Positions 8,801 to 18,514 of a stretch of 64,000 nt of DNA are shown here, piece after piece (position 1 is the first letter of the stretch; every line of letters begins with the position of its first letter). Origin of the DNA: a virus. Position numbers and translations under genes: made by a program. The stretch is from the IMG/VR virus record IMGVR_UViG_3300020576_007358. One strand, 5' to 3'. The notes below the pieces were generated by a model. That model searched no databases, was not told where the DNA came from, and worked only from the letters and a program-made list of their open reading frames with translations.

Positions 8801-10536
8801 TGTTCTGGGGTGTTCTAGCTGATTTGTTTAAGAAAGGCGAAGATATTCCAATCGTAGGCCCGGTATTTTGGTTGATATCTGAGTATTTTACGTTGTTGAG
8901 TAACGTTATGGGTAAGATATCAGACTTGTTTGGTGATATATCAGCGTACTTCAAAGAGAGTGGAGTAGTAGCTAGCATACAAGCCTGGCTAGAGGCGCTA
9001 GCTCCTTTGGGTTCTATTTTGATGTCGGTTGGTAAGGCATTGCTTTACGTTTTTGGTCGTGCGACGGCGCCACTTTGGCTACCGATTGTTGCTGTTTTGA
9101 AGACATTGCAATACTTGTTCAGAAGTCATCGTGATACAATGATGTCTATCATGAAAGTTGTATTGCACACAATCCCGGTCTTTTTGCTGCTAAAGGGTGC
9201 TGTATACTTGGTGCAGTTGGCATTTAAGAATATTGGGAAGATCGTTACTTTTGTAGTTGGCGCTATTATGGGCCAAATAGAAGAAACTAAGAATTTGATC
9301 GTTGGTGCGTACGAATTTATATTGGAAGTTTGGGATGCCTTGCCAGATTGGATGATGAATGAAGTCATCATCCCGCTCGGCAATTTGTTTTCAAAGATTG
9401 CAAATTCAATCACTACTGAATTTGCAAATACTTGGGAACTAGTAAAGATGGTTTGGAACACAGTTTCAAATTGGTTTAGTTCGAACGTAATCGATCCTGT
9501 TAAATCTGCATTTGGAACCGTTAAAGATGTCATTGGGTCTGCTTTTCAAAAGGCATGGGATATCATAGTCGATATCTTTAGTATGTCTAAAATTGGTGAG
9601 CTGTTCGGTGCGGTCGTCGAAGGAATTTCTAACGCACTGAATAAATTGCTTGATATCGGTGTTTTCAAAGATCTGATTGCCGTTGCTAAGAAAGCATTTA
9701 AGATCAGCTCACCTTCGAAAGTGTTTGAAGACATTGGCGATGATATCGTAGCTGGATTCAATAATGGCATTGACGATCTTCCAAAATCAATGGAAAAAAA
9801 GATGGGCGATGCAGCAAAAATTGCTAAAAGCAAATCTGAGTCAATTTCTGCTCAAGCAACATCATCTAAGCAAGCCGCTGCAACGTCTGCAAAATTGCCT
9901 GATGTATCCGCAGCGTCAACTTCTGTTGATCAACTAAGATCCACGGTTTCAAAGATAGAAAAACTTACTTCAGCGATTGAAAATGAAATCATCGGAAAGA
10001 TGAATTCTGCGATTCAATCAATGTCAGCTGCGCAAGCAAAATTTGTTGAATCTTCTGCTGCACAACTTTCTAGTCTTGCAACTGTTTCAAATGAAGCTGG
10101 TACTACGATGACATCTTCAGCCGAAATGATAATGAATGGTGGCATCAAGCAAGCGCTTCTTGCTATCAGCAATTTGGTTGAGAAAGCTAATTCATTGAAC
10201 GATGCAATGGGCTCGCTTCCAGACCTAAAGCTGAACGCCAAGTTGAAGACGCTTGCGTCTGGGTTGGGAATCGGCGGAAAGTTCAACTACCAAGTGAAGA
10301 GCAAGGACGTCATCATCAATGTCAATCTGCAAGTTGAGATGAACGCTGCTGACCTTGAGAAGTCTCTTGTTCTCAGAGAGAAGTCTGTCATCCGCAATCG
10401 ATTGAACTTTGCAACCGGTCCAGGAACTGCTGGTAAGGAGTCTACCGACGTCCTACCAAACAGCCCGTCTGGTGTCTACGCCTTCCCTGCTACGGCTAAA
10501 TTAGTGAAGCCACGATGGCACGAGAATATTCTTTGA
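5866..10536 (+). CDS. Tail tape measure protein, 1556 aa.
   Basis: Ala/Gly-rich with coiled-coil segments and hydrophobic stretches. Sits downstream of the tube gene and upstream of distal tail proteins. Confidence 0.55.
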   Translation: MAGPVDKDQVDIATKLAALMDRMAVSSAKIDAAYATQVESMKQLATTMGQVDVKNVIGEIGKINKDLKQMAESLSKAKNINQQTFEEMAKKAGDAGTSVTSLSGRIKESTKLIEGMNKTPLDKLHEALSEPGGAAGVLNKQLGKLGITVSKKFPEGMLVASAAASGFAQGIENVIAVGKASLGMLEGLTSALFNIGGAILAIPFKMFKGLIDIANNAGAGSTELAQAIENLRKEFGALGTGSPKVIMDMSIQLKGFSDTGLSAYRIFGNLAHRLEEFLKLAQEMGPNFQNFADEFKENGGALLAWQKGLGLSGEMMRTMSERAKSLGTNMAKQLYEVQKQAQGLGKAFQIDSKLISRDMAKAFADVKHFAGATVKEIATASVYARKLGLELDKITGTLDAFDTFDSAAENAAKLSQSFGLNVDAFKLMEAQDPATQIDMLRKQFAAAGQDASSFNRQQMKLLASTTGLDEATARQVFSLKNQGASLDDIKKKSEGAEKKQMSQAEAMKALADSIERLVQAGGQGSGGYFERFFRGFLGGIQASKEFRDTIMNIRRGLQLVEMAGVKAGKLFAQLTPIQEFLGGLAEFFKPGKFSKLFNAFGEEIVAFFEDATHGEHSFPKLMENIQKHFFDFFNDQTPAGQKTIKGFRKIFKIIINVIADGIRWASTKIAEVLKSITKLILDPKSAKDAVKEAGGDGAAAAFEMIQPLIDSLRDSWNILKPAIFDLVKVVGEKLFEYFTSDDFINLVKPALPYVFGILFGPAIVRSLLGIMTSSVGSLIANAIKGAFLGPAAGAAERAGTRGFGGLFRKIFGGLGKFLGPAAIAVAIGDLAVNVNDAMKKFEDKLAPTFGRTEAKMGAAAAGIINAFTFGLLPDSIQEIVAEQFASMSEMIFGAIQDVFGASFTGRLKAYIGSALDVFGSFGNLISEIFKGKEGDISGALQDLGGKLLSFVGNWFLWMVEQIPTLYVMAFQFGTKLLSMFWGVLADLFKKGEDIPIVGPVFWLISEYFTLLSNVMGKISDLFGDISAYFKESGVVASIQAWLEALAPLGSILMSVGKALLYVFGRATAPLWLPIVAVLKTLQYLFRSHRDTMMSIMKVVLHTIPVFLLLKGAVYLVQLAFKNIGKIVTFVVGAIMGQIEETKNLIVGAYEFILEVWDALPDWMMNEVIIPLGNLFSKIANSITTEFANTWELVKMVWNTVSNWFSSNVIDPVKSAFGTVKDVIGSAFQKAWDIIVDIFSMSKIGELFGAVVEGISNALNKLLDIGVFKDLIAVAKKAFKISSPSKVFEDIGDDIVAGFNNGIDDLPKSMEKKMGDAAKIAKSKSESISAQATSSKQAAATSAKLPDVSAASTSVDQLRSTVSKIEKLTSAIENEIIGKMNSAIQSMSAAQAKFVESSAAQLSSLATVSNEAGTTMTSSAEMIMNGGIKQALLAISNLVEKANSLNDAMGSLPDLKLNAKLKTLASGLGIGGKFNYQVKSKDVIINVNLQVEMNAADLEKSLVLREKSVIRNRLNFATGPGTAGKESTDVLPNSPSGVYAFPATAKLVKPRWHENIL

Positions 10537-10542
10537 AAAAAG

Positions 10543-10818
10543 ATGGTAGAATCCACCATGCGCACAAAAAAAGAAATTAGAGATGAGCTGGTGAACGATC
10601 CTATCTGGCAATCTGCGCTGAACAGCGTTGATGAAGAAGAAAAGAAAAAGATCGTCGGTGCAGTTGAACCGTTGCTGATAGATCTGATCTCATCGATGGA
10701 TGAATTCATGGATGCTTTGAAGGCAGATCCTGAAGCAATCGCTGAACTGTCTAGGGGTCTAACTGGTGAGAAGCAAGTAGTTAACTCAGAGCCAGTTGCA
10801 TCGGGCTCTACGGGATAA
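10543..10818 (+). CDS. Hypothetical small acidic protein.
   Basis: ORF track. Confidence 0.3.
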   Translation: MVESTMRTKKEIRDELVNDPIWQSALNSVDEEEKKKIVGAVEPLLIDLISSMDEFMDALKADPEAIAELSRGLTGEKQVVNSEPVASGSTG

Positions 10819-10819
10819 G

Positions 10820-13800
10820 ATGGGAACTAAAACAGGTACACCAGGGTTTGACATCGACGGAAAGTCGTATACGTACGACGTTGGTGATCCTAACGCACCG
10901 CCAGATCCAAACTACCCGTTGCAGACTGACAACGGTGATATGACCGTTGAGCAGAATGATCCTCCAAGAAAAGATCTTAGCAAGGTAACTAAGAAGACCC
11001 TAGCTGATTACCTTGGTAAGAAGACTGCTGTAAACTACTATCCAGTCGATGCTACTGCAAATCCTGGCAGCATCACTGTTGAAGGTGGAACGCCTGTCAT
11101 TCCTGCAGACGAGCAGACAACTGGTAATGCGAAGCACTTTCCACTTCCGAAAGTTGAGTCTGGCAAAGCGACTTACCGCGGCACGACAGATATCACGCCA
11201 GACCTAAAGGGTTGGATGAACAGTCCAGCTCACGGTGATGTCAGACCTTACTCACCACCAGATGCTAGCACCGCTAAGCTTCGCAAAGGTAAAGAAGCAA
11301 CGAAAGGTGGCACTGTCACCGGTAACGAACTTCTTCCGCAGGTGAAGAAGGGTGACCTCGGAACGTTGAAGAACTACACTTCAGCCGTGCTGAAGAACAA
11401 TCGATTCACTGACGCTAACACGTATGCACCAGTTGATCTGACAAACCCACCAGAAGATTACAACCCTACGTTTCACTCTCCAAAGTACGGTGAGATCTCA
11501 GCTGGAAGGTTGGCACAGGTCGGTGTTTCTCTGTCTATCAGAGCATCAAGAGAGCTGAATTCAGCTGCTGGCGGTTCGAACCCGAGCTCTGGCGGTCAAG
11601 AAGCGAAAGCAATTCTTCCAAGCTTCAACCAGATGGGTGCATCAAAAGTTGATGTTGTCTTGCTTCAAGCTCACGATGTTCTTGATGGATTGACCAACTC
11701 TGAGATCCCGGGTGGAAATTACATCTCTATCGGTGGTGACTCGTGGGGATCGTTGAACAACGCTCTTGACACGTACTCTGGTCTTACATCTTTGGGAATG
11801 ATTGCGTTGTCGACTGCTCTTACCGCTGGCGTCACGCTTCTGTTCAAAGGTCTTGGTTTCATCCTCTCGCTTGTGAAAGGTTCACCAGAACCGAAGAAGA
11901 ACCCTGACGGTCGATACATCCTAGGACGTTCAACTGTAACGAAGCAAGCTGATCCAAACGCATTCCCGCCAGGTCTACCTCCAGACATTGGTGCTATGCT
12001 TGGGTTGCGCTCAACTATTAAGCCGTTTAGCTCAGCGTTGAATGCTGGCATCTACGCATTCTTTGGAATTTCAGATGAAGGTGGAATCCTTGGTGTTGTT
12101 ACGTCTGGATTGAAGAGCGCTGCATCTGCGCCAGGGTACAACTCAGTCGTCGCTCGTGCTATCATCAGATCGATCACAGTAATCATCGACTCAATCAAGA
12201 AAGTTTTCAAGAGCTCAAACTTGATCTCTGGCGTGAAGAACCTGCTGTCAATGATCGAGACGTTGAGGGCTTCGAAGCTGATCTCTGCTCTCAACATATT
12301 CGCAACGTTGGGTGATGCAGTTTTGACAGAAAATCCAGATGACGTCGTCGATGGTCGCAAAGAAGAGCCGATCAGAAAATCAAAGGTTGACAAGATCGGC
12401 GATAACGTCCCAGGTGCAGCAGCCCTAAAGTCAAGGTTGGGAAATGGCACGAAGCTCAAGCTTGCGTGGGCATCTAATAGAGCACCGTCTCTTTACTTGC
12501 TACCAAACGCAATTGCCGGGTTGCAACCTGTCGCTCAATCACTGGGCGCGTTTCAAAGTGGATTGGGTTTGCAAGAATCTGACACTAGATCGTTCTACAG
12601 GCTTCTTAGCGATGATGATGCAAAGACAAACGGCAATCGAATTCCGATCGGCGATTCTGGTGATGCACCAGACGCTGTCACTCTTAAAAAGATTGAAGCT
12701 GTTCTTGATGGTTCTGAGTACATTCCATTCTACTTTCACGATGTTCGAACGAACGAAGTCATTGCTTTCCATGCATTTCTAGCTTCGCTTACTGATGATT
12801 TCACAGCAAATTACGATAGCTCTGAGGGTTTTGGCAGAGTTGAGCCTGTGAAGATCTACAAAGGAACGAACAGAAAAATTGGCTTGAGCTTTTACATTGT
12901 TTCAACGTCACCAGCTGATTTCAACGACATGTGGGTCAAGATCAACAAGTTGGTCACGCTCGTCTATCCACAGTACACTGAAGGCAGAAGGTTGACTGAT
13001 GAAAAAGCAAAGTACAGTTTCATCCAACCGTTCAGCCAGATGATGGGTGCCTCACCTTTGATTCGAATCAAGCTTGGTGATCTATTCGCCTCAAACTACA
13101 GCAGATTTGCGCTAGCAAGATTGTTCGGTGCAACTTTGAAGGGTGCACAGTTTGGTAATAAAAAGCTAAAGCTCGATGGCAGTAAGATTCTTGATCTAAA
13201 AAGCAAAGTAGAAGAAGCAATAAAAACCGCAGACAAGGGTAATACTTGGATCGTTACTGGAAATACATCTGATCAAAAGCAAGAATCAGTTGGTCTTTCA
13301 GTTAGCGTCGGGGGATCTGGCGGTAATAGTTTTGCACCTGAATGGAAAATTGACTATAACGCTGCGTACATACCTGTGAAAATTGATAAAGTTGAAGACG
13401 CTGGAATCACTACGGTTGTTTGGGTAAAACCAAACATACCAGACGCAGCATTTTTGAGCGATCAAGGAGTGATCGATCCGTCTGTGCAAAGCCATATAAT
13501 AAAACAGATCAGGTCAAAGCATGATAACAGTGATGATCCAAAAAATAGAATCATTGGCTCTTCTTATGGATTTGTAATCGATCAACTTAGACCATCTAAA
13601 GCAACTTCAAAAAAGATCTTTAATGATGTGTTTGCAGATGTGTTTGCAGATGAGAATGATGCAGTGAAAGATTTGACAGCGTTCCTTGACATCGAAAAGA
13701 ATGCAATCGTCAAATCATTCAGGTCTGCCGGCGGTAAGGGTCTTGCAGGATTCATTGAATCTATGAATTTTGATTGGTACGACAAGACGATGTGGGGAAC

Positions 13801-13963
13801 TGATCCTGGTTCTCGTGCACCGTTGATGTGCAAGGTCACGATTGCTTTTAGCCCAATCCACGATATCACACCCGGTCTGGATTCTCAGGGATTCAATCGT
13901 GCACCTATCTACCCGATCGGATTCCATGCACATGGTAATGATCTTGATAAGAAGCAAGGATGA
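10820..13963 (+). CDS. Large virion (distal tail or baseplate) protein.
   Basis: ORF 10796..13963. Likely start is ATG 10820 (MGTKTG), just after the upstream stop. Contains hydrophobic helices. Confidence 0.4.
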   Translation: MGTKTGTPGFDIDGKSYTYDVGDPNAPPDPNYPLQTDNGDMTVEQNDPPRKDLSKVTKKTLADYLGKKTAVNYYPVDATANPGSITVEGGTPVIPADEQTTGNAKHFPLPKVESGKATYRGTTDITPDLKGWMNSPAHGDVRPYSPPDASTAKLRKGKEATKGGTVTGNELLPQVKKGDLGTLKNYTSAVLKNNRFTDANTYAPVDLTNPPEDYNPTFHSPKYGEISAGRLAQVGVSLSIRASRELNSAAGGSNPSSGGQEAKAILPSFNQMGASKVDVVLLQAHDVLDGLTNSEIPGGNYISIGGDSWGSLNNALDTYSGLTSLGMIALSTALTAGVTLLFKGLGFILSLVKGSPEPKKNPDGRYILGRSTVTKQADPNAFPPGLPPDIGAMLGLRSTIKPFSSALNAGIYAFFGISDEGGILGVVTSGLKSAASAPGYNSVVARAIIRSITVIIDSIKKVFKSSNLISGVKNLLSMIETLRASKLISALNIFATLGDAVLTENPDDVVDGRKEEPIRKSKVDKIGDNVPGAAALKSRLGNGTKLKLAWASNRAPSLYLLPNAIAGLQPVAQSLGAFQSGLGLQESDTRSFYRLLSDDDAKTNGNRIPIGDSGDAPDAVTLKKIEAVLDGSEYIPFYFHDVRTNEVIAFHAFLASLTDDFTANYDSSEGFGRVEPVKIYKGTNRKIGLSFYIVSTSPADFNDMWVKINKLVTLVYPQYTEGRRLTDEKAKYSFIQPFSQMMGASPLIRIKLGDLFASNYSRFALARLFGATLKGAQFGNKKLKLDGSKILDLKSKVEEAIKTADKGNTWIVTGNTSDQKQESVGLSVSVGGSGGNSFAPEWKIDYNAAYIPVKIDKVEDAGITTVVWVKPNIPDAAFLSDQGVIDPSVQSHIIKQIRSKHDNSDDPKNRIIGSSYGFVIDQLRPSKATSKKIFNDVFADVFADENDAVKDLTAFLDIEKNAIVKSFRSAGGKGLAGFIESMNFDWYDKTMWGTDPGSRAPLMCKVTIAFSPIHDITPGLDSQGFNRAPIYPIGFHAHGNDLDKKQG

Positions 13964-13969
13964 TGTTCT

Positions 13970-14263
13970 ATGGCATTTAGCAGGTATTCTAGATCAGCAG
14001 TGATAGATTACGGTCGTCAATATGGCACTTCGTTTGCCATCAACACGATAAGAGATGGCATCAAGTCAGGCGCCATCAGCACCAAACAACTTCTTGTGAG
14101 AGGCAAAGAAAGGCTAGATACTCTGGCTGGCAGCATCTACGGCGATGGCAGGTACTGGTGGGTTCTAGCCGCGGCATCTAACATCGGTTGGGGCATGCAA
14201 ATCCCGCCTGGAACTGTCATCAACATACCTGATCTTGCAGATATTTCGGCTCTCGTTGGATGA
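13970..14263 (+). CDS. LysM-like tail protein (P2 gpX-like).
   Basis: GDGRYWWVLAAASNIGWGMQIPPGTVINIP fits the LysM consensus. Position after the tape measure matches gpX-like proteins. Confidence 0.45.
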   Translation: MAFSRYSRSAVIDYGRQYGTSFAINTIRDGIKSGAISTKQLLVRGKERLDTLAGSIYGDGRYWWVLAAASNIGWGMQIPPGTVINIPDLADISALVG

Positions 14264-14269
14264 TAAAAC

Positions 14270-17224
14270 ATGGCTGACTTTACGAAGCTAGAGAACATAT
14301 TTCGCATGGTTCAACCAGCAGACTTGCTGGTGACGCAGAGGATAGGAATAGGCGATGCATCAGCTCAAAATTCTCTCACTAGAGTGTTGCAACGTCTGCT
14401 ACTAGAGTCAGGAAACGGCGGTTCATTTTCTGCGTCTCAGATGCTAGAAAAACTAAAGTCGTACAGAAGTGGAAAAGGAGATTCTGGCGGTGAGCTGAAG
14501 GGTGATAAGAAAGATTTCGATCTGCTGCTGAACTTTTACTCTACTGCTGGCAACATACCCGAAGTGAAGTACCCGTACATGTACAGGGACAACAAGGGCA
14601 AAACTGCTACTGCGCCCGTAACGTTTGATCAGCTTGCTAACATTGATGAAAAAATAAGAGGAAACCGCGATATGAGCGTAATCCTCTCAAACACGCCCTT
14701 TGTGTCACCAGCTGTAAAGGATGCGCAAAAAGCCGAGCTGTTCTTGAACTTCTTGCCATCAACTGTGATATCGAGGTGTGTACCGTACCTAGAGCTTGAA
14801 TTTGTGTTTGACAGAGGATTCAACAAAGACGTAAAGAAACTTCAGACAGCCGGACTTCTGAAGTTCTTGATGGGCGGCGTTGACGTCGATCCTGGTTCGC
14901 CAAATGATATCATGAGAAAAGCTCGTGCCAAGAAGAACGACCAAAGCGTCCAGACTTCAGCTGGCATGGAATTGTTCACTTCTCCGCAGACGTTGATCAA
15001 TATGAACCCGGTTGAACCTGGTGCTCGATACGTTGATGTTCTTGATCCTACTCGGCCATTTGCATCTATCGAGAGTGTCAGCATCAACGTGGCGCCAACT
15101 GTTGGCATCATGTCTTACAAGCATGCGACTGTTGTGATGAAGCTTCATGATCGCTCCAGGCTAGCAGAAGTTGCTGATCTGATCCAACCAACTACGTACA
15201 CAAGAACAACTTGCTGGCTTACATACGGTTGGCGCCATCCTTATGAGCCGTCTGGCGATTCAGCATCTGAAACGTACGCTGATTTCATAAACAGAAACAT
15301 GCTGGTAAAAGAAGCATACGGCGTGAAGAACGCTTCGTATTCTTTTGATCAGACCGGTCAAGTTTCTATCACGATTGAACTTTACACCAAAGCTGTGTCA
15401 GAGCTTCGTGACATCAAAGTGAACGAAGGTCCAAACTCGTTCAAGAAGCTATCAGAGAGAATCAATGCGCTCGCAGAGCAGATTGCAGAACTTCGCAAAA
15501 GCTACAAGCTAGATCCTCCAACGGGATTGAACAAAGAGATAAGGGGATTCATGATCCTTGATGCTGCTGAGGGCGGACAATTTCCTGACATGAAACCAGA
15601 TGAGATCATCGATTCAATCAAGGGTCTCGAGAAGATGCTTCAAGATACTGGAAGGATTGCTAAGGGTGCGTCTGACCCGTTGATAGCCAAGCTGAAAGAG
15701 CTGTACAAACCAACTGGAAAGAAGAACGAGAACTTTGAATTCAAAGAGCAAGTCAAGACAATTGCTTCTAATTACGTGAAGCAAAAGTTCGATGCTCTTG
15801 TAGCTGGTCCAGATCCATTTCTGATCTTCGATGAGAAGAACAAGACGATGAAGGAGGAAACTGGCATCGAAGATGATCATCCGTTCTTGAAAGAATTGTC
15901 ATCGTACAACAAAGAAGACGACATCTCGAAAGAACTAAAGGAAGGAACAAACTTCCGCAAAGCCGTGGTGTCTTTTGGTAAGCTGTTCATGGTGTTCATG
16001 GCACCAGCTCTGTTTTCGATACAGACAGTAGATGAATTTCAAATCTTGTTCTACCAGCTCAACGACAGGGCTGGAAAGGCTTCATCAACAAACATAGCTG
16101 AGTTCCCAATCGATATACCAGTCTTCCTGAGACAGTACAAAGAAGTGATAGAGAAGAACGGCACTGAAGCTATGACAGTTGAGCAGTTTGTGAAGCTTGC
16201 TGTCGATGCGCAGATCAACGATTCAAGAGCTATCGGTTACGGCTTTCGCTCTGCTGGTGTCTTCAAACCTTGGGATCCTAAGAACAGAGATCCAGATTAC
16301 AAAGACAAGAAGAAAGGAGAGCAGTATGAATCGTTGCTATCTTCTGTCAATGGACGCCGCGGCACGTTTCAGATGCCGCAGATCGAAGTTTACGTTGAGA
16401 TGACGCACGAAAGGTACGACAGCAAGTCAGGAAAATCAGTACCGGTTGATCTACTGCAGTACTTCAACGATCCAGCTAATTCTGTGTCAGCAAAACCTGA
16501 CGAGCTGGGCAAGACTTTCAGAAAGATCTCGAAGATTCACGTTTACGACAAGACAGTCAATCCGTACAAGACTGCTGCGTCAATACTCAGGTCCGACACG
16601 CCGAACGGTACGACGTTCATGGAAGTCGACCCAGACCCATGGGTTAAGCGTCACACTGAAGATCGCACGCAGATAGTGAAGAACATCTTCAAAGATCTGT
16701 ACGAGATTGCAACGAACACTGGCGACACTGGCATCAAGCTGACTGTTGGAACGATGACGACCGATGCTAACAACCAAAAGGTGAAGCACATGGTGTCAAA
16801 GCTAGTTCCAAGCATCATCTACGGCATGAATTCGTCTGCTGTCATGGAAGCTAGCCTCTCGACGAAGCAAGATTCAAACTTGACAGCAGCACAACTATTG
16901 GGTCTAAACTCAGGTAAGAAAGTTTCAGCAACGCCCGCTGGCGGTGGCGGTGGTGGTTTGCCGCTTAAAGTCATTCCCGCTGCCTTGACCCTTCGAACGC
17001 TTGGCTGCCCAATATTGAATTATTCGCAGTTGTTCTTCATAGATTTTAACACTGGAACAACGATCGATAACATCTATGGAATCTGTGGATTGACCCATAC
17101 GCTGACGCCTGGAAAGTTTGAATCTAGCTTGACAATGGCGTTCTACGATGCATATGGCAAGTACGAAGGTGCTCCGCAGATCGTGCAGAAGATGAAAGAC
17201 GGCATTAAGACTACAGAAAAGTAA
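14270..17224 (+). CDS. Large structural protein (baseplate or hub candidate), 984 aa.
   Basis: ORF track. Gly run AGGGGGGLPLK near the C-terminus. Confidence 0.4.
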   Translation: MADFTKLENIFRMVQPADLLVTQRIGIGDASAQNSLTRVLQRLLLESGNGGSFSASQMLEKLKSYRSGKGDSGGELKGDKKDFDLLLNFYSTAGNIPEVKYPYMYRDNKGKTATAPVTFDQLANIDEKIRGNRDMSVILSNTPFVSPAVKDAQKAELFLNFLPSTVISRCVPYLELEFVFDRGFNKDVKKLQTAGLLKFLMGGVDVDPGSPNDIMRKARAKKNDQSVQTSAGMELFTSPQTLINMNPVEPGARYVDVLDPTRPFASIESVSINVAPTVGIMSYKHATVVMKLHDRSRLAEVADLIQPTTYTRTTCWLTYGWRHPYEPSGDSASETYADFINRNMLVKEAYGVKNASYSFDQTGQVSITIELYTKAVSELRDIKVNEGPNSFKKLSERINALAEQIAELRKSYKLDPPTGLNKEIRGFMILDAAEGGQFPDMKPDEIIDSIKGLEKMLQDTGRIAKGASDPLIAKLKELYKPTGKKNENFEFKEQVKTIASNYVKQKFDALVAGPDPFLIFDEKNKTMKEETGIEDDHPFLKELSSYNKEDDISKELKEGTNFRKAVVSFGKLFMVFMAPALFSIQTVDEFQILFYQLNDRAGKASSTNIAEFPIDIPVFLRQYKEVIEKNGTEAMTVEQFVKLAVDAQINDSRAIGYGFRSAGVFKPWDPKNRDPDYKDKKKGEQYESLLSSVNGRRGTFQMPQIEVYVEMTHERYDSKSGKSVPVDLLQYFNDPANSVSAKPDELGKTFRKISKIHVYDKTVNPYKTAASILRSDTPNGTTFMEVDPDPWVKRHTEDRTQIVKNIFKDLYEIATNTGDTGIKLTVGTMTTDANNQKVKHMVSKLVPSIIYGMNSSAVMEASLSTKQDSNLTAAQLLGLNSGKKVSATPAGGGGGGLPLKVIPAALTLRTLGCPILNYSQLFFIDFNTGTTIDNIYGICGLTHTLTPGKFESSLTMAFYDAYGKYEGAPQIVQKMKDGIKTTEK

Positions 17225-17254
17225 GTTGCACATCTCTCTGCCAGAGCCATAAGA

Positions 17255-18475
17255 TTGTTCAATCTTATGTCAGAGCCATTTTGTATCGATGCGAAGCTGA
17301 TGGGTACTGAGCGCCATCTGCACGTTGATGATGGTTACAAGTGGGTGGAAGAAATCCCGACAGCTGCTTGGCACTTGTCAGGCGAACTTAAACATTCGTC
17401 GAACAGGTGTCTAGACACCGTTATGAAGCTAAATTCAAAAGAAGCAGATCTTTTGCCTCATGAGAAGTACTTGAAGATGATGCAAGTCGTAGCACCAGAT
17501 CATGGACCTCAACAGCTTCCATGGGTTCACCTGATGACGAGCAAAGAACACAGGAGCTACGTCAGAAAACTGATTAATGAAGCGGTGGATACCATAGACA
17601 ACTATTCGAAAGATTATTACGTGTCAACGTGGGTCAACGAGACAGCAGTATTGGATGCTTTGAAACCAGCCATGGTGTCTAGAAAAAGGTATGCCGAGCT
17701 CAAGGCAACTGTGAAGAATAACGTTCACACCATTGAAAGCTTTGAACCAAATCTGTCTGGGTACGCAGCACCAGTGCTTTACGATCGACTTGCTACGCGC
17801 ACTGGCCGCTTGACAGTGAAATCAGGTCCACAGATCTTGACGTTGAAGAGAGAGCACAGGGACTTGGTAGTTCCTTCTACGCCCAACGGTAAGATCATGT
17901 ACGTTGATTTTGCTGCGCTGGAAGCTAGAGTTCTTCTCTACGAGGCTGGTGGTCAGTGTTCAGACGTAGATCTTTACAGGATGATAGCAAGAGACTTGTT
18001 TGGCGACACTGTGTCTAGAGATGCTGTGAAGCTAGCTGTCATCTCTGAGTTGTACGGTTCTGGGAAGCACACGCTTGGAGAGACGTTGCAGATATCTGGT
18101 GATCCTCTCGATAGATTCATAGCAAAGATCAAGGGATTCTTCAAGACGAACGATCTAAAAGCAAGGGTGAAGGATCAGTATGTGAAGCTAGGTTACATAC
18201 GAAACAGGCACGGTCGCATGGTGAAGATCGATGAGCCAATCGACAGGATCTTTGTAAATTCGTACGCGCAATCAACTGGCGTTGATGTTAGCCTCCTTGG
18301 ATTCAACGAGCTGCTGAAGGGTCTTAAGCACACGAAGTGCCGCCCGCTGTTCGTTCTTCACGATGCTCTCATCATAGATGTTCCGGAAGAATCAGTTGAC
18401 GAAGTGATGCAGATCGAATCTGTAAAAGTTCCTGGTTACGTTCAAAACTTTAAGCTAAAGGTTCAGATGATGTGA
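17255..18475 (+). CDS. Family A (Pol I-like) DNA polymerase, polymerase domain only (406 aa, no exonuclease domains).
   Basis: Motif A YVDFAALEARVL, motif B RDAVKLAVISELYGSG, motif C VLHDALIIDV. Confidence 0.55.
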   Translation: MFNLMSEPFCIDAKLMGTERHLHVDDGYKWVEEIPTAAWHLSGELKHSSNRCLDTVMKLNSKEADLLPHEKYLKMMQVVAPDHGPQQLPWVHLMTSKEHRSYVRKLINEAVDTIDNYSKDYYVSTWVNETAVLDALKPAMVSRKRYAELKATVKNNVHTIESFEPNLSGYAAPVLYDRLATRTGRLTVKSGPQILTLKREHRDLVVPSTPNGKIMYVDFAALEARVLLYEAGGQCSDVDLYRMIARDLFGDTVSRDAVKLAVISELYGSGKHTLGETLQISGDPLDRFIAKIKGFFKTNDLKARVKDQYVKLGYIRNRHGRMVKIDEPIDRIFVNSYAQSTGVDVSLLGFNELLKGLKHTKCRPLFVLHDALIIDVPEESVDEVMQIESVKVPGYVQNFKLKVQMM

Positions 18476-18514
18476 ATAAGTAATTGAACATTCAAACCAA
18501 CGTAGAGTGTAATC

